This document shows, one piece after another, positions 38,401 to 52,310 of a stretch of 64,000 bases of DNA (positions are counted from its first letter, which is position 1; every line of letters starts with the position of its first letter). Source of the stretch: Eledone cirrhosa (Eukaryota); the NCBI GenBank assembly GCA_964016885.1, contig OZ024740.1, positions 383,036,001 to 383,100,000 of the forward strand, written 5' to 3'. Below the pieces are notes generated by a model. That model ran no database searches, had not been told where the DNA came from, and was given only the letters and a program-made list of their open reading frames with translations. The translations under genes and the position numbers were made by a program.

Positions 38401-39254
38401 TGTCCCATTCAGTACGGACTCAAGCTTTCCAATGTTATTTCTCATTTCCCTGATTTGACCATTCAGTCGTTTCTTCCCCCAAGGTTCTGATCTTTCTTGT
38501 TTGTTGTTTCCTCTCGCTTTTAAGCCAAGTAATTTCCTCACCGCATTTGCTGTTGCTTTGAGGATATTGTTGCACTGGTGAAGGCTCCTCGCCTCAAGGT
38601 ATGGGATGACTTTGTTTACCTTAGCTGTTGTTTCTTTTAACTTTTTCCTGTCTTCAAATCTTAGGTTCATAGGTTTCCCACTATCATTGTTAATTTCAAC
38701 TACTACTAAGTTTAGGATATCAACCAAATCTTGTCTTAGCCTGTCAGCATTCATCTCCTCAATGGCCGTATCTTTGTTCCAGGTATTATTTATTTCAGCA
38801 TTCAGACCATTGTCTGTTTCAGGTGGTTCCTCCGTTCTCTCAACCACTTCACCTTCATTTCCCACTGGCTCGTTTGCCTGGCATACTCCATTCCAACTTA
38901 ATCTCTCTGCTCAGTCCCTCCAGTTCCAGCTCGCTTATCCACCCATTAGTTCTTATTACCCGAGCCTGCCCGGCCAATTTTTGTTCATCTAATTTAAATA
39001 GACCAATCTCGTTCCAGATTTTATGCATCCGTTTCCTATAGCCTTTTTTCTTGGGGTTACACTTTAGGTAACATTGCATAACAGTTCTATTCAATTCTTT
39101 CGTCCAGTTGGTTCTGATCCCTTTCCATCTTCTTCTTTCTCCGACACCAGCAGTATTTGGTTGACAGCCAGGTCTCTGCTGCTGAGCCAGGGAGCACCTG
39201 CTGGGTGAGAGTCTGTCACATGACATTCGAGTCTCCACTTCACCGTTATTCGAA
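35457..39254 (-). mobile_element. R4/Dong copy 3: diverged, frameshifted, with a ~420-bp internal tandem duplication and a ~95-bp deletion
   Basis: Colinear with 4231-7713. ~36147-36567 is repeated at ~36568-36987. The NIGTKNRL..QRIVA segment is missing near 38397. Confidence 0.93.
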
Positions 39255-39267
39255 TTATTCGGTGATG

Positions 39268-39665
39268 CCCTGATTAACTTTTTCAAATTTCATTTGAAAA
39301 GGAAAATCAGGGTAGAGAGGGAAGTGCTCTCTTCCCAGCATTTTGTTGAAAGATGGGTGAGAGAGGCAATAATGGCCCGAGTGAATGGGCCTACTCTGAG
39401 TATGTGTCTGTAAATTAAAGGTGTAAAACTGGGAGAGGGCACTTGCCCTGGTGGTCAGGGTCACTGTGGCTTTTCAATGGGCTTTCTCCACGAATGTCCC
39501 TCGGAAGTCTCCCCCCTATTGGGGAATTTTTTCATTGTTTCTATTATTACATCCTCTGTTTCTTGTTTTTTTACACACAGAAATGCCCTTTTGTACCGTC
39601 CTGTATTGTCCTGTACTGTCCTTAATGTCTACTTTATGTAAACCCTTGTGGTTAATAAAGAAAGC
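39268..39665 (+). mobile_element. Tx1 5'-truncated 3' end
   Basis: LINFFKFHLKRKIRVEREVL matches the other Tx1 copies. Ends AACCCTTGTGGTTAATAAAGAAAGC(ATT)n. Confidence 0.9.
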
Positions 39666-39759
39666 ATTATTATTATTATTATTAGTAGTAGTAGTAGTAG
39701 TAGTAGCAGTAGTAGTAGTAGTAGTAGTAGTAGTAATAGTATTAGTAGTAGTATTAGTC

Positions 39760-39804
<45 letters not shown>
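39666..39804. repeat. (ATT)n-(AGT)n microsatellite
   Basis: Read directly. Confidence 0.95.
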
Positions 39805-39805
<1 letters not shown>

Positions 39806-40369
39806 AGTGAGGGTTTCAAAGAGTTGGAACACTTGTGGTGGTAGAAACAATAATTAATCTACACGTATAGGGAGAGAGATTTGTAGATTAAACATTCATT
39901 GCAATTGGCGTATTTTATCGCTCTCCAAATGAGGTAAGACAATGATCTAGATTTCCTTTTAAACGCAAATAGAAGTAACTATAAAAAGAAAGCGAGGTTA
40001 TTTGGAGTTCTGCCGATTTTTTCATTTCCTACACTTTTCATCATTCTCCATTACACAATAAACTCTTTAGAGAACATGCAGGAAGTTATTCCACAAAGTG
40101 ATAATTTAAAAGCGAAAGAGAAAACAAAAACACAAAAAATCACTCCCAATATATATCTGCTACGTATGTCATTAGATCCCAAATATTGTATGAGCTATTT
40201 TCCCACCGACACTTTTTGAATTCTTACATAACTTTAGTATTTATTAGCCTCTCTTTATGATCACAAAAGAAGGCTCACCGGAGTAAACGTCATCCTTTAT
40301 TTTTCCGAGGTCTATGAATTAAGTATCAACCATCTACTAGATAATATTTCTTGAAAATGGATATGATTA

Positions 40370-40930
40370 CGATTCTTGGAACTTGCTAAAGAAGGTTCTT
40401 CTTGCTGCGCTAATGTCTCTATACGAATACTCAAGTATTTGTGTTCGGACAAATGGTGCTAAATCGTAACCATTCAATGTGGGAGCCGGTATTTGTGCCT
40501 ACCCTTACTTATGGCCTTTAATCTTGGGTAATGTCAGAAAGAATACGATTGTGAATGCAAGTGGTCGAAATGGGGTTACACCGAAAGGTTTTCTGGAGTT
40601 ACTCAACAGAGAGCGTAGCTCGGAGATCACATTATCGCTGCAGGTATAGTCGCTACTTCTCCGAATTGAGTGATCACATCTCCGATAGTATGGGCATGTG
40701 GTTAGAATGTTTCAGAAAAGTATCGCTGGGCAGATTTCACGGACAAAATCGACCGGCAGAAGATCCCGGTGTAGACACTCAGCAAGATTGTTGGATAACA
40801 TCCATGACCTGGGGATCAGGCCGGACTAGTCGGAGACAGTTGCTTCTGACAAAACCAGCTGGAAGGTATGTCTGAAGGCTCTGCCATCACGATACTTGCA
40901 GGAATAAGTGGGCGTCGAAGAAGAAGAAAA
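40370..40930 (+). mobile_element. RTE-clade LINE relic, internally deleted
   Basis: Similar to 24575-25200 (QVVEMG; GAAGAAGAAG tail), plus SLYE....VRTNG..S.PFNVG. Confidence 0.65.
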
Positions 40931-42733
40931 GAATTGATTTTAATATTCTAAAGATTTAGTTACTTGAATCAAAATAATTTCAATGATCGTTGCATTGGAG
41001 AATGAATTAATGTCCGCAATATTGTGTCCGGATGCATTTTATATTACGAGTGCTATTTGTTTTTATACTTAATATCTAATAACTAACTATATCCTAACTG
41101 TCCCACAGGAAGGGTGGTTTGTAAGGAATCATATAGGAATTCATAGAATTGAAATCATCTGCAACAGGGTACAGGACCATGCAGTTTTAAAGCCACATCC
41201 CGTTTTGTAGCCTTACTTCATTGGCCCTTAAGCGCTCAGAATTTATATTTAAATTTTATTAAATGCGTTTACTTATATTAAAATATAAGCTACGATATTT
41301 GACCTTAACAATGAAACATTTGCAGACACAATACATACTAAGAATTCACATTGATTATGAAAACAATACCTATTGTTTCTCAGTATGTATGCTTTGTTTA
41401 TAACAAATTATGTGGATATGGTAGTCTCAATTATTATGTTTTTCTGGTTAAAAATTACTTCTCATGTTTAAAATACTTCTCATCCCTGGTCTATTGGATA
41501 AGAGTTCTTAGATAAATATTACCAGAATATATTATTCACAATACGTAGTTGTATCGCGGCTTTGTAATATCTTTCTTTACAGACTGCGTTCACATTCTGC
41601 TGCACTCGGTAAGGTTTTCATCCTTCTGGAAGTGATAAATTAAAGTTCATCTTAAATATTAGATTTAAAAAAATAGACAGCTTCCACACATTAACATTCC
41701 TGCATTGCGCCTTTGAAAATGTTATTAAAGGAGAGTGTTAATTTCCAATCAGCCACAACGCTTTTGGAAAAGGCGTTATCTACTAGTGTAATTATGTGGT
41801 GCAATAAAGCATAATTTCATTGTGGGACATTTTGTGGGTTGGTATGTGTTCATATCTGAAATATTTGCTGGTTTTGAAATAAATTATATTTTTGGAACGT
41901 ATATATTTCTATATATGAGATCACCAGTGGTTGTGAGACCTAATCGTGGTAGTGACTAAGATATCTACTTAGATACACAATCTAGCGTAATGCTTCGGTT
42001 ATACACATTCTTCTAAAATATATATATATTTTCTATGCAGAACCTAAGTTAGATGTAATTCGATCAATACTCCATAAAACCAGTACTTAAATCGGGTTTT
42101 ACTAACTGTAAACTGTTGAGGAGGGTACGTAAAATCCCAGACAAAACACCAGTCTATCTTTGACAGAAAGATTGTTAGAAGTGTCAACAGCCACCAATTT
42201 TAAGTTTACTGTGAACAGTCGATTATATAGTTTCTTACCCCGAATCTCGATGGATTTCGAAAAATTAAGTTAATGATGTTAACACTGGATATAGAAGCTA
42301 AATAACTCTTCTAGTATAATATAAACTCAGTCGATAATATCATTGGTTGTTCGCTACTGCGGAGAATACAGGTAGTACAGTTATTGTGAGAATGCTAATG
42401 AGCATGGGTTATCTTAATAAGGCTGATATGAAGCCGACTCACAATGAGTATAAATAACGAATAATTCCTTTAGAATACAATTCATGACTGTAAAATGTAC
42501 AATATCCCCGGTGATTTGATAATCCTTCATGCAATCATCAGATTAGTAAAAGACCCGTCCGTCACTTTTTCATAAAACGGTTAATTATATTGCTTCATAT
42601 TTAAATACGAAAACAAACTTATCTTAAATTTGAGACTGTTGATAATAGATGAGAGGATATTTAATATTTTTAATGATGATGAATTGTTACTCAGCTCAAA
42701 TCATATTATATTTGACTTGTTTTATATTTACAG

Positions 42734-43000
42734 AAGGACCACTATCCAAATTTGTGAATTATGGCTTCGGCTCATTACGTCCGCTAGAGGGCGTGCAACT
42801 GTACAAAAAGATCATGTTAGGACTGACTTTAGATGCATGTGCACAGCTCTGTTTAGCTGAACATACTTTCAAGTGTGCAACATTTGATTATCTCTTTGCC
42901 GATCAGTCATGTCACATGAGCAAGTATATTGCCGCAAATGTCCATGGAATTGCGCCCGTCGAGGATAGCAACTTTCGAGTCATGCATTACGAGCTTAAAG
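42734..43000 (+). CDS. Internal exon (267 nt, phase 1-1) encoding one PAN/apple domain of a host gene
   Basis: Acceptor tttatatttacAG and donor AG|GTGAGT. Peptide GPLSKFVNYG..LTLDACAQLCLAEHTFKCATFDYLFADQSCHMSKY..HYELK fits the PAN C-x3-C-x7-C-x2-F-D-Y..C pattern. Confidence 0.92.
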
Positions 43001-43117
43001 GTGAGTAAATATTCATCCACTCTATGTAAAGTCCTCGTTGTTATTGTTGCTTTTGTTGTTGGTGGTGGAGTAGTTGTGTTTGTTGGTGTCGATGTTGGTA
43101 ATGTCCTTTAGGCATTA

Positions 43118-43330
43118 TTCCAGTAATGTACTGGGTAATTTCTGGCCTTGTTCCAAACGTAGATACAATTATTATTCTTTCAGTCGTCCGCAAGGCGGAT
43201 GATTGATAGTATCGGTGGAAGGTTGGATGCCATACTTCTTATGAGAAATTATTAGTTTAAAAATTTGAAAAAGATCTTTGCCGACATATTCTTTCCGGTC
43301 ATTGAGGCAATTGTCTTATGGAAACGATGG
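43118..43330 (+). mobile_element. SINE tail followed by the head of a second, older SINE copy
   Basis: CCAGTAATGTACTGGGTAATTTCTGGCCTTGTTCCAAACGTAGATACAATTATT, then AAGGCGGATGATTGATAGTATCGGTGGA. Confidence 0.6.
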
Positions 43331-46263
43331 AACAAAATGTCTAAAGGTTATCACCGAAATAAGAAAAAAATTAAACATAAACACAGCACCGACACCTACC
43401 GTGTGTGTAGATTTGGTCCTTTCTTCTTCTTCTTCTTGTAATAATAATAATGACAATAATAATAATAATAATAATTATTATTTTTATTTTTATTAGTAGT
43501 TTTATCATTGTTGCTGTTGTTATTAATATCATGATTTGTTTTTCGTACAGCTGTCGTCGTTCATTTCCTTTTTATCGTCGTTATTGTTTATTTATTAAGT
43601 GTTAAAATGCATGTTGCTCATACCATGGAAGAAAGTAAGACCACAAATCAAAGATTTATGAGAATATGAAATGAGTTTCATTGCATACAGACACACCTCA
43701 AAGCATATACATGCCAGTAATATTGTACGTGGTAGTACGATTATGTGACATATCACACCTTGGTGTATATAGTCTACCACAAGCGTTTTCATTATAGGAT
43801 TTGTATAGTCATTCCAAAATCTTCCATAATTACATATATGAAATAATTTAATCGACATAAGAATAATTATATATGTATATATGGTATTTTGACTTATACG
43901 GAAAGCTATGTATTTATATCTTGTTCAGTTTACCATCATTCTGGTGGAATGTGTTGAATCATATATAGTGTTAATAAAATGAAGAGCAAAAGCGTTGAAA
44001 ATCCTTCTGGACTCCTCGGTTAATGGGAGAAACTGAGGTAATTATCTTCGGACGGACATCTGGCCTGAATGCTTGTAACTGATTTGAACTCAATTAAAAT
44101 AAACTATCAGCTAGGTTTTGGTTTGAAACGGGTGGCAGATTACATATATCAACACATACAGGAATATTACATCTGACTTAACTATCATCGTATTTGTCTA
44201 CCAAATAGCCCTCATGATACTTTGATCAAGTTGTGGAAATATTGAAGATAGTCAATGAAATGTGTAGTGAGATTCAACTTGAATGTATGGATTTTCGAAA
44301 GAAAATCTATCAATACAGAGTCATGCTTGCGTTTAATATCATTTCGTATAGTAGTGGCCTAAGAACGAAGGATTTATGTAAAATAAGTTTAGTGTTCATG
44401 ACCGTTGCACAAGTACCCTAGTATCCAGATCGGGGATTAAATGCAAGGAGAGACCTTAAATATCAATGACCGTTGTTTGAAGTTTCATTCTCAATAATAT
44501 AATTTTCGAAATGATTCGCTTGTCACGAATTTACATGATTCTTGAGCAGATACTCTAATATCTTAATCACTCAAAATCTCTGCCACTTTGTGAAATAATA
44601 CACAACCATTTTCTCGAGACAATAGCACTAACTATATTTTACCGTTATCTAATATTCCGCACAACGGTTTTCAATGAGTTGCAGAACCATATGATTTTTT
44701 TTAACGAGAACTGGTTGCTAAATCCAAGGTCAGCTTTTCGCCGTTTCTGAACGTAGGGATACTAAGAGTTTGCTACGATCATTCTCACGTCCAAACATAA
44801 TGAGGAAGGGGAAGAGGGTGGGAGGGCGTGGGGGAGAGAAGGGGAGTGACAAAGGCAAGCCACACCAGATATATATAATCTAAATACCTACACATGTGCA
44901 CATATATACACAAATATACACATAAGTACACAATTATATAGTGATTTATTTTATCACAGATATGTATATATTTATTTTGATATGCATGTATAAGCATGAT
45001 TCATCCCATACATATATGTGCATATTCGCAAATGAATACGTTTACGCATTAACATAAACATGCATACATAGTTAGAAAAGTTGTATTTCATTTCTCCCTG
45101 ATATGCGCAAGAAATTTATTGAAAACACATTAATTGATAGCTACATTGCATTGTTTCCGGAGGTTTTCGCCAACCTATCATTATAAAGATCAATATTACA
45201 GTTTACAGGCCTTCTATTGTAACATCTTTTGTTATACCATCTCATTTTTATTGCTATTACTTTTTTTTCATTTGTTCATTCGGTCGTTCATTTTCCAGTC
45301 CTCTTTTGTTCTTTGCTTCCTTATATTTATTTATTCTACTTTCATCGCTTATTTTACAAATCCAACAAAAACTACTAAAAGTAACGATTGCTCTTATGAA
45401 AAGACCATTTACTTTATTTGTAGTAAAACGCAATGCATTTTCTTTATCTCTCGGTCTATCATGTCAGTTGTCATATTTAAATTTCATTTATTTTACATTA
45501 AATTCATGAATATATTCAATGTTTTTGTTTCGAAAACAATGAGGCGGAAAATAACAAACGAGCTTCTTATTAGAAATTAATTTTATAAAATTACGACTTC
45601 ATGATTGTTAGACAAACAATTATTATTAAGATCGCAGCAATAAAGAGGTGAAATTACCATGATGACGATGATTATGATCAAGAATATCATAAGAATAATA
45701 ATAATGATAATAATTAAGGACTCGTGTAGCATTTACATTAATACTGCAGTGGTATTACAGCAATTATCATTATAAAAAAGATTATTTTATACAAAAACAA
45801 ATATGAATTAGAAAAGTAAACAGCAATAGATGGAGGTGGTGCAACAGCTGCGGCAATAGCAATTGTAGTAGTTTCAGAAATTTGGGGGGATTTTCGTAAA
45901 TGATAGAAGTGTGCAAATTATCATTTGGAAATTAGACATTCTGTCGATTTAAGAACCGTTGCAGCTGAGACATCGAAATGGCTTTTGTTGATAGTTTAGA
46001 CAAATGACTGAATTTACAACAATTGCTATAGCAGACTGAAAGATAATTAGTAGTCTCTGAAAATAAATCCTCTATTTTAATTTTCGTTTTTCTCTTCCTC
46101 TTTTGGTTATTCTCTATTTTTTGCTTTTTGTTTTGTTTGACTACATCAAATAATACAATTTAAGCGAAAAGAAACTTCAAATCTATAAAACAAATATATG
46201 GAAACTCCCTTAAAAGGAAATTATGCACAGACCTAAACACACATGCATACCTAAACACACATG

Positions 46264-46299
<36 letters not shown>

Positions 46300-48368
46300 C
46301 TCAAACAAACTTACACACCCACTCAAGCAATCTATGTCCCTCTCAGTTTGCATGTTTTATCTAATCCTATACACGAACATATACATTGATGAATACAAGC
46401 ATTTTCTAATCTGGCAATGTATCAATAACTGATAACAATTCACAGATGATAGTGAAAAGAAAGAAAGAAATTACAAATTAGTGAAAAATTTACAATTAAA
46501 TTTCATTTTCATATAGTGGTATTTGTGAAACAAAAACATTTTCAAAGCATTTAGTATTTGTTACACTGTTTTTAAATGACTTTCATAACTTTGCCGGCAT
46601 TATATTATTTAGTTATACTATAACATGCATTTTATCTCTGTATATTACTTGTTCAAATTCTGAGAATATTTAAAACAGAATAGTTGTTTTATTTATGGAG
46701 GAAATCCGTTAATTATTTAGAAAATTCATTTCGCATCACCTCCCTTAGGTTTTATAACAAGTTAGACACACATTTTTTTAATTTAAGAATCTGTAGAGCA
46801 GGCATACTCTGGTAACGACAAATTAATTTCCTCCACTGTCAACAACACAAACATCTTTGACAGAGAACATACCTTGCAGGTAGTTAAGGTAAAATGTATT
46901 TAGACTTTAATGTAACTGAATATTATAACAACATGAATTGCGATGTCGTTACAAACATTGTAATATAGCAGGGTAAATGTTTTGCAATATTTAGTAGAGA
47001 CGCTTCTCTTTCTATGAACAAGTCCTACTGATAAGTGTCTGTGTTTCGGTCCAGCAAAAAATAATTTCTTGTCATATATTAGTTACTTAAATTGAATGTA
47101 TCTATTGCTACATTGCTGCCTATGTATATGTATAAATAACATTTATATTACCATATAGGACCAGGAATGTCTATGAGGTTTTTAAAAAAAGCATCCGTAG
47201 TGAATGACCTTGTTTAGGATACGATCGCACTTCATCGTATCTTGTTAAAATATTTTCTAATATACCTTCCCCTAGAGGGCAACGTCTTGTCAATGAAATG
47301 TTAAGTGAAAATCAGGGGAGCCCTATCAGGCTGTATATTTATACATCACCCTATGTATTTCCTAAAATGTATTAACTTACTTGACGTACAATAAACTAAT
47401 GCCAACTATTGTTTTAAAGTACATAAATAATCAATTTCATTTACTTCTTACTTAGATTAGATTCAATGCTACATAGAATTACGGAGCATATAGCTGAGTA
47501 GGGCAACCGTACTCTTTTTCTGTTTGTGTTATATCACCAACTACTTAGAATATATATGGAAATTTGAAAACAGTAAAAGATTGAAACAGTTAAAAGCAGT
47601 ATCGCAAGCTTATGCTATTTGTTGAGCCCTATCGGTTTACATTCATATAAATAAAATAATCATTTATATTATATTCAAAAATCAGCGCGTTGAATAACAT
47701 TTCTTGTGCAGTCTCCAAATTTTGATATCATAAAAGCCCGCAAATGTTGGTCTTCCTTTTCCATTTTCCCCCTACATTTTTCATTCTATTATGTTTTTCT
47801 AATCTCTTTTGTATATGATATGTAAAGTTATTTGTGTTGAATTCTATGATGTCTGAAAATAAAAATCACATTACATTTAGCCATTGTTCATACTTCAACT
47901 TTCATTACATTTTGTCTTTATTATATTCAAAATCTTTATTCACTAGCATCTCTAAAGACTATTTGTTTTTAATTTTGTTAATGCTACTCTTCCGACTCCA
48001 TATAGTAAGATGAATGATACATAGCACTTATCACAATGTTAAGTACCCTTTTCTTGTTCCTAGACTAGGTTTGATATTTCATTTTAAAGTTACTTTCTAG
48101 CATTCTCAAGCCTTCCTTCAATTAGTGTTATATATTTCCCCTCATCTGATGACATGTATCCCAGTTATATTCATATTGTTTTGTGTGCGTATCTGTTCAT
48201 TTTATCTTTGTGGTTTTGTAATATTTACTTTTGGTAATTATTTTCTTCTCAATTTATATTGATCTGGTTTTCTTCACATAAATTGTCATTCAATAATAAA
48301 ATGAGATGTATATATGTCATTTTTATTTTATTAAAGTTCTTGTCTTTCATTTCGATGGTGCATTGCAG

Positions 48369-48514
48369 AAGAATACCTTGAATACTTCTATCCCACACCT
48401 TATTCTGTTGTGTTTGGAAATAACGAGAAAACATACGACAGAGTTACTCCTAACAGATGCGCTCGGAACTGTCTGGAGGAAACATCAATTGTTTGCCGTT
48501 CATTCGACTACCAG
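48369..48514 (+). CDS. Next exon (146 nt, phase 1-0) encoding the N-terminal part of a second PAN/apple domain; absent from the ORF track in this frame
   Basis: Acceptor cattgcAG and donor CAG|GTAGGG. Splices in frame to 43000: (E)EYLEYFYPTPYSVVFGNNEKTYDRVTPNRCARNCLEETSIVCRSFDYQ. Confidence 0.9.
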
Positions 48515-49428
48515 GTAGGGAATATATAATTTTGCATTATTTAAAATCTTGTTAATGCTTGGGAAGTAACTGCTTATGATGTTTGCAATATCTGTGAATC
48601 GTGAATCGAACAAATAACTCAGGTATACATGCTGAGGTGGAAGTCCCTACGTTGTAACCCAACCTGATGTATTCACTTCAAATTGCACATTCGCATCTTA
48701 AAAGTTTAGTTTTTATGACTTGGTCACACTAAGAAAGGCAACGCTCCTAGCAAATTTCAGGATCTTTATAATTTATTAGTGCTGCATAGGAGGTTTTTTT
48801 CTCAAAACCCGTATCTGGCACGAATATTTGAAAACTCCGTTAAATGCACCTAACATCCAACTAATGATACAGACCTTGCAACAGAAGTCCTGAGAATATA
48901 CTGCGACAAAATGTCACTCAGAGAATTTTTAGGGATACATTTGATATAGTAATCCCACATAACCAATTCAGATGAGACAAAACTGACTATAACCAGGATA
49001 CATGTCGTAGGTTTGCTCCATCAAAGCTAACCTGATTGTTTCCTTTTATCAAAAGGCATAGGATCTATACTCTGATGCGCAATTGTTGGGCAAATTATCA
49101 AATCGTATACACGATTTATTTTTTAATGTATGTATCTGCCAAAATGCTCTGAAATATGCTTGAAAGAAAAGTTCATTATTCAAGTACACATAACACAATA
49201 ACATATAATAATGTAGGGATATTTTGGCTGCAATGGCAGACCTAATATGTACCTGGCTCTGTAGCTCTGCAAAAATCGCGTTCTTTCACTTTTATAACTT
49301 ATTTTCATTGCATTGCAAACAATTGGTGTAATTTATATAGTTAATATTCACATCAGACCTTTGCAACTTTGATTTGAGAGTTATGGAATAATCGAATGTA
49401 ACGTGTCTTTTTCAACGTAGGATAATTC

Positions 49429-49558
49429 ATATACATATTACACCAACTACACATGCACACATATACACGCTTACATATATTTTCCTTGCATATATATGCA
49501 AAGAAAATATATGTAAGCCTGTATATGTGTGCATGTGTAGTTGGTGTAATATGTATAT
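49429..49558. repeat. 130-bp near-perfect palindrome centred on CATATATATG
   Basis: 65-bp arms, 2 mismatches, no spacer. Confidence 0.93.
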
Positions 49559-50081
49559 ATATATATGCATATGTATAATCATTTGTTCAAGAAATTATGA
49601 ATGTAATATTTGGTATCACCTTTTTATATTTTATGTACATGCATTTGAAAGTATAGAAGATTGTTCAATAAAGTTCATCGATTATTGGATATATCTACTC
49701 CAAACAAAGACATACACACAGAAGCATACACCCATATACACAATTGATTAGTATGCTTCGCGTTTGATTGACGTGAGAATAATTATAGGACCCATGCTTT
49801 ATGTAATCGATTCATATAAAAATATTTTTATGGTATTTTCATTGTGCTTATTATAGTTTTATGAGCTGACTCGAAACACATAATTTGGGTTGTAGATCAT
49901 TAATCTTTCTTCGTAACAAATAGTCAAGAAAGTTATGTTTCAACCTGTTCTATATTGTCATTATTATTTATATAGCATCTAATGATATACATGAGTTTCA
50001 CATCCACCGCTCTCTCTCACACCCCAATATATATATATATATATATATATAGTAATAATAATAAAATTGAAGACTAAAATC

Positions 50082-50132
<51 letters not shown>

Positions 50133-50191
50133 TAATTATATTTCACATTTTCATATTCTCTCGCGCTATCTATCTTGTCTCTCTCCAAATA

Positions 50192-50647
<456 letters not shown>

Positions 50648-50777
50648 TTAGTTAAGCAAAACAAGACCACATATATATATATAAAAGCAAGTATTACACA
50701 AACAAATAAAACGTCGGCTTGAAGAGATAAGAAACTGATGTGCTTTGACAGATGTTTCTCTTTCTATTATACATTAT

Positions 50778-50843
50778 TTAAATAAAGTACCAGTAATACA
50801 CTGAGTAATTGCTGGCCTTGTTCCAAAAGTAGAAACAATTATT
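50778..50843 (+). mobile_element. SINE 3' fragment
   Basis: AAATAAAGTACCAGTAATACACTGAGTAATTGCTGGCCTTGTTCCAAAAGTAGAAACAATTATT. Confidence 0.8.
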
Positions 50844-51112
50844 TACATATGGTGACTACAATATATATTGCTCAATCATATGCAATACTTAATTATTTAT
50901 TACACTTCATCAGAAAGCCTGTAATAGTGGATTTCAACTATTCACTACCTGGTAGAATTCAGCAATGGGATTTTCGTATGAAATATAAATAAGTTAAAAA
51001 TGAAATACTGTTTAGAAAGTGTGATAGTAGAGAGGAGAGGGAGTAGGGGTAAAGATTTTGACACTATCAATCTGTGTCATGTGATGTATATATATATACA
51101 TCAGAAATATGC

Positions 51113-51249
51113 GTCCAGAAATAGCCATCTAAACCGGTTGAGCTCTGTCGTCGGGGTCATACTTTTTCCTATTTCCCACTCTACAACCCTCAGTATTGAG
51201 TACTCTGGTGCGTTATGTTCCATCTGGTTCCTTACCACAATTCCTGTGT

Positions 51250-51250
<1 letters not shown>
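51113..51250 (+). mobile_element. Second copy of the short TA-inserted repeat
   Basis: GTCCAGAAATAGCC..GAGCTCTG..CCCACTCTAC..TCTGGTGCGTT..TTCCTTACCAC then (TA)n. Confidence 0.75.
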
Positions 51251-51287
<37 letters not shown>

Positions 51288-51746
51288 CAAACAAACATAC
51301 TTATTGATTTAATGTTATATCTATCAGTGAGCCTCACTAAGTTCAGAATTTATGTAAGCATGTGTCAATGTTAAATTCAATTGATTTATTTCATCCTCAT
51401 TTAGGACAAATATTAGTCAATTAGACCCTGTTGATTGTCACAAAGTTCATGATAATAACAAGAGTTACCGTTTTATATGTGAAGCAGCATACTTGTCAGC
51501 TTTAGATATCATCTGCCAGCATTCGTATACATATTGAATACTATACATTTCTTACATAGTTTTGAGATGTTTAATGTGTTCCCGAATATAGGTTACGCTG
51601 CTTATGTCTTATAATTCGCCTTCCTTAAACATTTGATTAGGCCTCCTTGGAAGACATTTACTATATAATTAACTTGATTACCGAAGCATATATTTGGTCC
51701 ACAGAAGTAATTAACAAGAATACTAGAAGCTACAGAACATTATTTA

Positions 51747-51934
51747 GTGGATTGGCAGTATCGGTAGAGGGTCGGACGCCATGCTTTGACGCATAGAGTT
51801 ACGTCCCTTGCCATTCTGAGTTCAAATCCCGCCAAGGTTAACTTTGCCTTTCATCCTCACGGGGTCGATGAAATAAAGTACCAGTAATGCACTGGGTAAT
51901 TGCTGGCCTTGTGCCAAAAGTAGAAACAATTATT
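51747..51934 (+). mobile_element. tRNA-derived SINE, near full-length (central domain resembles MetaSINE / octopus OR-type)
   Basis: TGGCAGTATCGG, GAGTTCAAATCC, TTTGCCTTTCATCC..GGGGTCGAT..AAGTACCAG and tail TGGCCTTGTGCCAAAAGTAGAAACAATTATT. At least 8 related copies in the window. Confidence 0.88.
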
Positions 51935-52232
51935 TATTATTCAGTGTAGTCGCAGAATACCATATTTAGATAGGCATTTCTACTTGCATGATGTGTAGAG
52001 TCAGCAAAATGTATCTTTAAAATGTACATTATTGATAGTTGTATTTTATTAAACGGAAGATGTTAGACGTTAGCATCCTTCTAGTCAAAATTATTATGTT
52101 AAAGGAACATAATCAATATATGATATAGAAAACACAGATAGAAAACCGCTCATACAAGGGAACATACATACGCACAAACCAACGATTTCATACATCTTAG
52201 TATAAATGTTCATATAATACATATATATATAC

Positions 52233-52310
<78 letters not shown>

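Noticed and set aside
42649-42733. ORF-track N-terminus MRGYLIFLMMMNCYSAQ.. resembling a signal peptide
   Set aside because: Lies upstream of a strong acceptor at 42733; most likely intron read-through
48306-48518. 70-aa ORF over the second exon
   Set aside because: Wrong frame; the PAN peptide is in another frame
51747-51830. tRNA gene
   Set aside because: A/B-box-like motifs only, with no cloverleaf; it is a SINE head
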